From: Macrostomum lignano
Taxonomy: Eukaryota
Assembly (NCBI GenBank): GCA_002269645.1
Contig: NIVC01002351.1
Coordinates: 62,001 to 126,000 of the forward strand
DNA: 64,000 nucleotides
Direction of reading: 5' to 3'
The notes beneath the pieces are model-generated. The model did no database searches and was not told the DNA's origin. It worked only from the letters and a program-made list of their open reading frames with translations. The position numbers and the translations under genes were made by a program. Shown here piece after piece: positions 60,096 to 64,000 of the stretch. Every line of letters starts with the position of its first letter. Positions within the stretch are counted from its first letter, which is position 1.

Positions 60096-61057
60096 TGCTA
60101 GCTGGTTATTCAGCAGCATTCACTAGCTTTCCCTAAGAGTGCTGTGATCCGCTGCACAGTAGCTCAGTCCACCTGATCTAGTGAGAGAGATACCCTGTGC
60201 TGGGCCTAAGTGTTTACTGCCCGATGACTCATCGCCTGAGCAGGCGCGGGCAGCCACACTCAATGTCTTCCCACTCGCGCTGAGGAGGCATAGCAGGATG
60301 ACTCATCACCTGCGCGGAGTGAAATGGCTGCCTAGAGGGAAACAGGATGACTCATCCGCCCAAATTCTATTTTTAGCACAAAATAAGCACGTGACTGTGC
60401 ACGCACGCTATGCGTGGCCACTGACCTTGGGTCACGCCACTGCCGCGTGACAGGGTTGCCTTATTTTGAAGTTGGCCTTGGATCACGCGTCTCTCGCATG
60501 ATTCCATTGACCAAATAAGGAAGTTTCACGCGCTCACCGCATGAAACTCACGTGACTTTTGGGTGTCCGCTCGGCTATAAATACGGAGCATCTGAGAGCC
60601 GTTTCTCTCCAGATCGTGAGCCGCGTTCGGGAGCCTCCTAGATTGGAGCTGCCTCTGCCTCCGAGCTCTCCTCTCTCATTTCAGGTTTACAGGTTTTCAG
60701 GTTCGAGCAGCATTCTACTAAGACGATCGACTGTCGAGACATTTTTCAGATTTGCCTTTGCTCCGAGCGACTTCGTTATTTTATTTCAGGTGACGGAAAG
60801 ACAACTCTGCCGACGCGTCGAGTCCGCACACCAAGGTGGCAGCAACCCTACCAAGTCAAGGCTAACGTTTTAGGTTCATTTTCAGGCAAATCGATAGGTA
60901 GTACAACGGTGCTATCTAGCTACTTCAGGAGCAGCGGGTTCTATTTCTAGGAACATCTTCAAGAACCCGAGAAGAAGCAAAACAAGTTCTTTATTCAAAT
61001 TACTTATTGAAACTATATAAGTGAGTATTTAGTCAGAATTATTGTGCAAATAGTACA
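60096..61057 (+). mobile_element. possible solo LTR
   Basis: TG...CA termini flanked by CTGGC on both sides (60091-60095 / 61058-61062) with an internal promoter. No clear poly(A) signal, and the boundaries were chosen post hoc. Confidence 0.3.
60223..60583 (+). promoter_or_regulatory. cluster of three AP-1-type sites, two E-boxes and a TATA box
   Basis: GATGACTCATC with TGACTCA at 60225, 60299 and 60348; CACGTG at 60388 and 60549; TATAAATA at 60576-60583. Confidence 0.55.
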
Positions 61058-63608
61058 CTGGCTCTGTAAGGAATATTGGGGCAGAATTGCGCCTCCACAA
61101 AGAGGTTCTTATCTATAGGTTCTAGTTATAGAAAAGTCCTTGGCCTAGTTATCCATAAAAATCCTGAATAAAACACTGCTCCCATCATTAAAAGCCTCGC
61201 TATACGTTATCCGCAGATGCCTCAGCTTCCCGCATGCCCGTGCATTGCCCAGCACGTCTGTCGCTCAGGAGTCAGGAGTGAGGGAGAGAGACTGACTCCA
61301 TATATCAACTTTATTGAATCCTCTACTTGGCCCTCTGCTGCAATGCCTCGCTGCCTTCAATAAAGTTGCGCGTTAATTTTAGCAATTTGTCTGCATGCTG
61401 GTTGAGTTGAGCCGTTGAGCTTTGGAAGCAACGGAGAGAGGCAGTGGGAGAGCTGGCATATGGTAATGCATGCAGACCAGTCATTGCTGACTTCGCTACT
61501 CCAACAGGATCCTCAAGCCAAAGTGATGTGTTCCTTACTACCAAGACTTTTTAGTAGTCAAGGAACAATCACTTCTAGCTTCTTTGCTATCCAACCCAGT
61601 TATCAGATAAAGGTACTTCTTACCTTGACTTCGATTGGAGATATCTCTTCAGGAGTTCTCTTGTAGATCTCGCTTGGATCTCTCTTTGATCTCGTAGATC
61701 AGGCGCCTTGGTTCTCCTGTTGCTCTGGTCCTGGTTTTCTTGTACTTCCGATGAAGTGACTTCCGGCCGGTGTCTGCAGTCAGGACCAATCAGAGGCCTC
61801 GTATCAAACAATGGGTACCCTGCGCCGAATAGCGGTTTCTCCTTAGCCTTCTCCTTCTAGTAGTGCCTCTATGCACTCTAGGTAATGCTCCGGTAATAAT
61901 AATCCAAATTATAAGAAAGTCCTTCGGGCGACTACTGCCAATGGAGTCTCAAATGGACTCAAGAGTCTCAACAGACTCTAACACTATAACAATAGAGAGT
62001 CGACTCAACAACAACTGGCGCAAATGAGAAAGGCTTACCGCAAGAGCTCGACCGAGTCTCGATTGACTTGGTGATCAGGAAGTCTCGCTAAGGATTTCCT
62101 CTTCGGAGCGCTCCTCTTCCGTGGGGAGAATGGCTCCGGTACCGCTTTGGGCCGCTTGTATTTATAGACGATTTTGCAGGCCAAAAAAAGTAACATGACT
62201 CATGGGTTGCGCTATAATTTGTAACATGACTCTTTGCGGCTATTATTAGAAAGTGATTCATTCCGTTGCTATAAATAGTAACATGATTCATTCTGCTGAT
62301 ATAAATTGTAACATGATTCATAACATGATTCATCGTTAAAGTTTAGGTGCGCATGCGTGCACTTATTTACTTATAGTAGCATCCTAGGATTGTCAATTAC
62401 TTATTTTGCGGGAGGTAGAACACTATACAAAAGCATCTCACAGTGCTTTGATGGGTTGAAAAATCCAAAAGCGCCATCTCAGATGTGCTCAGATTTCAAC
62501 AGCCATTCAGAAAGTCAACAGGCAGCACTCACGATTGTTGCTAACTACGAGAGCGTAATATTTTATCATAAGGATTCATAAAATATGAGGATAGAAAGTT
62601 TTGTGTATAATTGTTAGAAAACAAGTACGAGATAAAAGGTTAATATAGTATAGCGACAATTACAGTAACTTACAGCTACTGTAAAAGTATCGAAGAGTCT
62701 CGCTACAGACATTAAAATCTTAATGACTCTGGTTAGCTAAAAATATTATTCTCACTTCTGTCACCGCAACATAAAGTTTTTTCTTCATCATTGAGTGCTA
62801 TAAGTGTGACGTTGCTAGTTTAAATGGTCCCGAAAAAGGGCCGTTGGACTATAGTTTCCCTCGCAATTTCTCATATTAATTTCTCCAATAGTTTATTTTA
62901 ACGTTTACTTATAGTAGCGTGCAAGTAATCTGTATCAATTGCTAATTCACTGTGTATTTGGTAGGCCTCACGCTCGCCTGTGAATTTTGGCACGATCGAT
63001 AATTTCAAGTTCTCTCGCCAGCCAATGAAAACTCTCCGTGTTTTACGCTCCCCCCTTTTGCGCTCTTTATTAACCCCCCGCCTGGCGGCGGGCACTCCTC
63101 ACTTTTCTGTTCTTCGCGGCTCTTGTTTTCCTTCTCCTGCCTTCTGTCTGCCTCCTTATCTCTCGCCACGGCTCCGCTGTCTGGGCCAGCCTGTTTACAC
63201 TGCCACTGCCTGCCACGGCTAACGCCAATCTCACCACTACGCATCTGCCTCTTCTGTGCTCATCGCCGCTACTCACCACGTTGCATCGCCCTGCATCACT
63301 CGCCTACCACTCGACTACAACTTCTAATTCACCTTCAATTCAAAACCATTGTTGCAGCCGCCAGTGTCCCAAAAGTAGAATAAGTTCTGTATTAACGTTA
63401 ACCAAATTTGAATATTGATTTAAACAATAAAACAACTACGGCAGTTACCTGCCTTGTATGCCAAGTGCTCCGCTACACAATCCGCTTCTCAAGACTTGAC
63501 TCGATTCATTTTGGGACTACGACTTACGGCAACTCTCGTAAAACGGCCCTTCTAAGGGTCATAGCCTCAACACCAATAATCGTGACAATAAGGTAAGCTG
63601 TCAAAGTT

Positions 63609-64000
63609 GGGGGCGCTTCATAAGACCTAAACTTCACAACGCCTAAAATCGAAAATGCAGCCTCCTTCACAACGCCTAAATTTCACATCGCCTAAATTTC
63701 ACAACGCCTAAAATTTCTGCACGCTCCTTCACATCGCCTAAACTTCATATCGCCTAAATTTCACAACACCTAAAACTGAATGTGAAGGAGAGAAGCAAAG
63801 ATTTTAGGCGTTGTGAAATTTAGGCGATATGAAATTTAGGCGATGTGAAGGATGCTGCATTTTCGGTTTTAAGCGTTGTGAAATTGAGGCGATATGAAGT
63901 TTAGGCGATGTGAAGGAGCGTGCAGAAATTTTAGGCGTTGTGAAATTTAGGCGATGTGAAATTTAGGCGTTGTGAAGAAGGCTGCATTTTCGATTTTAGG
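63609..64000. mobile_element. second foldback element, right end beyond the window
   Basis: Begins GGGGGCGCTTCATAAG..AAACTTCACAAC. TTTCACA(A/T)CGCCTAAA modules run to about 63775 and their reverse complement runs from about 63801 to the window end. Confidence 0.78.

Noticed and set aside
61200-62100. Short minus-strand ORFs that might be a decayed gag/ORF1
   Set aside because: No recognisable motif; too weak to call.
62980-63596. Pyrimidine-rich region resembling a LINE 5'UTR/ORF start
   Set aside because: No endonuclease or RT motif is visible before the foldback element.

Overview
This is repeat-dense animal DNA with GT-AG spliceosomal introns, GC3-rich exons and very large micro/minisatellite arrays. 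The style resembles a free-living flatworm such as Macrostomum, but that assignment is inference only. Almost all long ORFs in the supplied track are artefacts of tandem repeats. Genes rebuilt by hand from splice sites and phase: (1) the 5' part of an Ig-domain surface/secreted protein gene (minus strand, exons 12905-13040 and 3026-3150); (2) a 126-aa orphan single-pass membrane protein (27005-27385); (3) two 6-exon alpha-arrestin (ARRDC-type, PPxY) paralogues facing each other (32617-35768 plus; 45408-52545 minus, with a 1-nt frameshift), plus a third arrestin fragment; (4) between them, an IAP-like BIR-UBA-RING gene with a shortened BIR, and a 7-exon, 282-aa secreted protein of unknown function. 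Mobile DNA: an internally deleted P-superfamily transposon with 35-bp TIRs and a 7-bp TSD, two foldback elements, two tRNA-derived SINEs, a 5'-truncated LINE inside a minisatellite, a Penelope GIY-YIG fragment, hAT-like MITEs and a possible solo LTR. The most striking non-coding structures are a perfect 72-bp inverted repeat carrying a hammerhead ribozyme core (54195-54362) and three hairpins that share one 14-nt loop on different stems (57977-58195).
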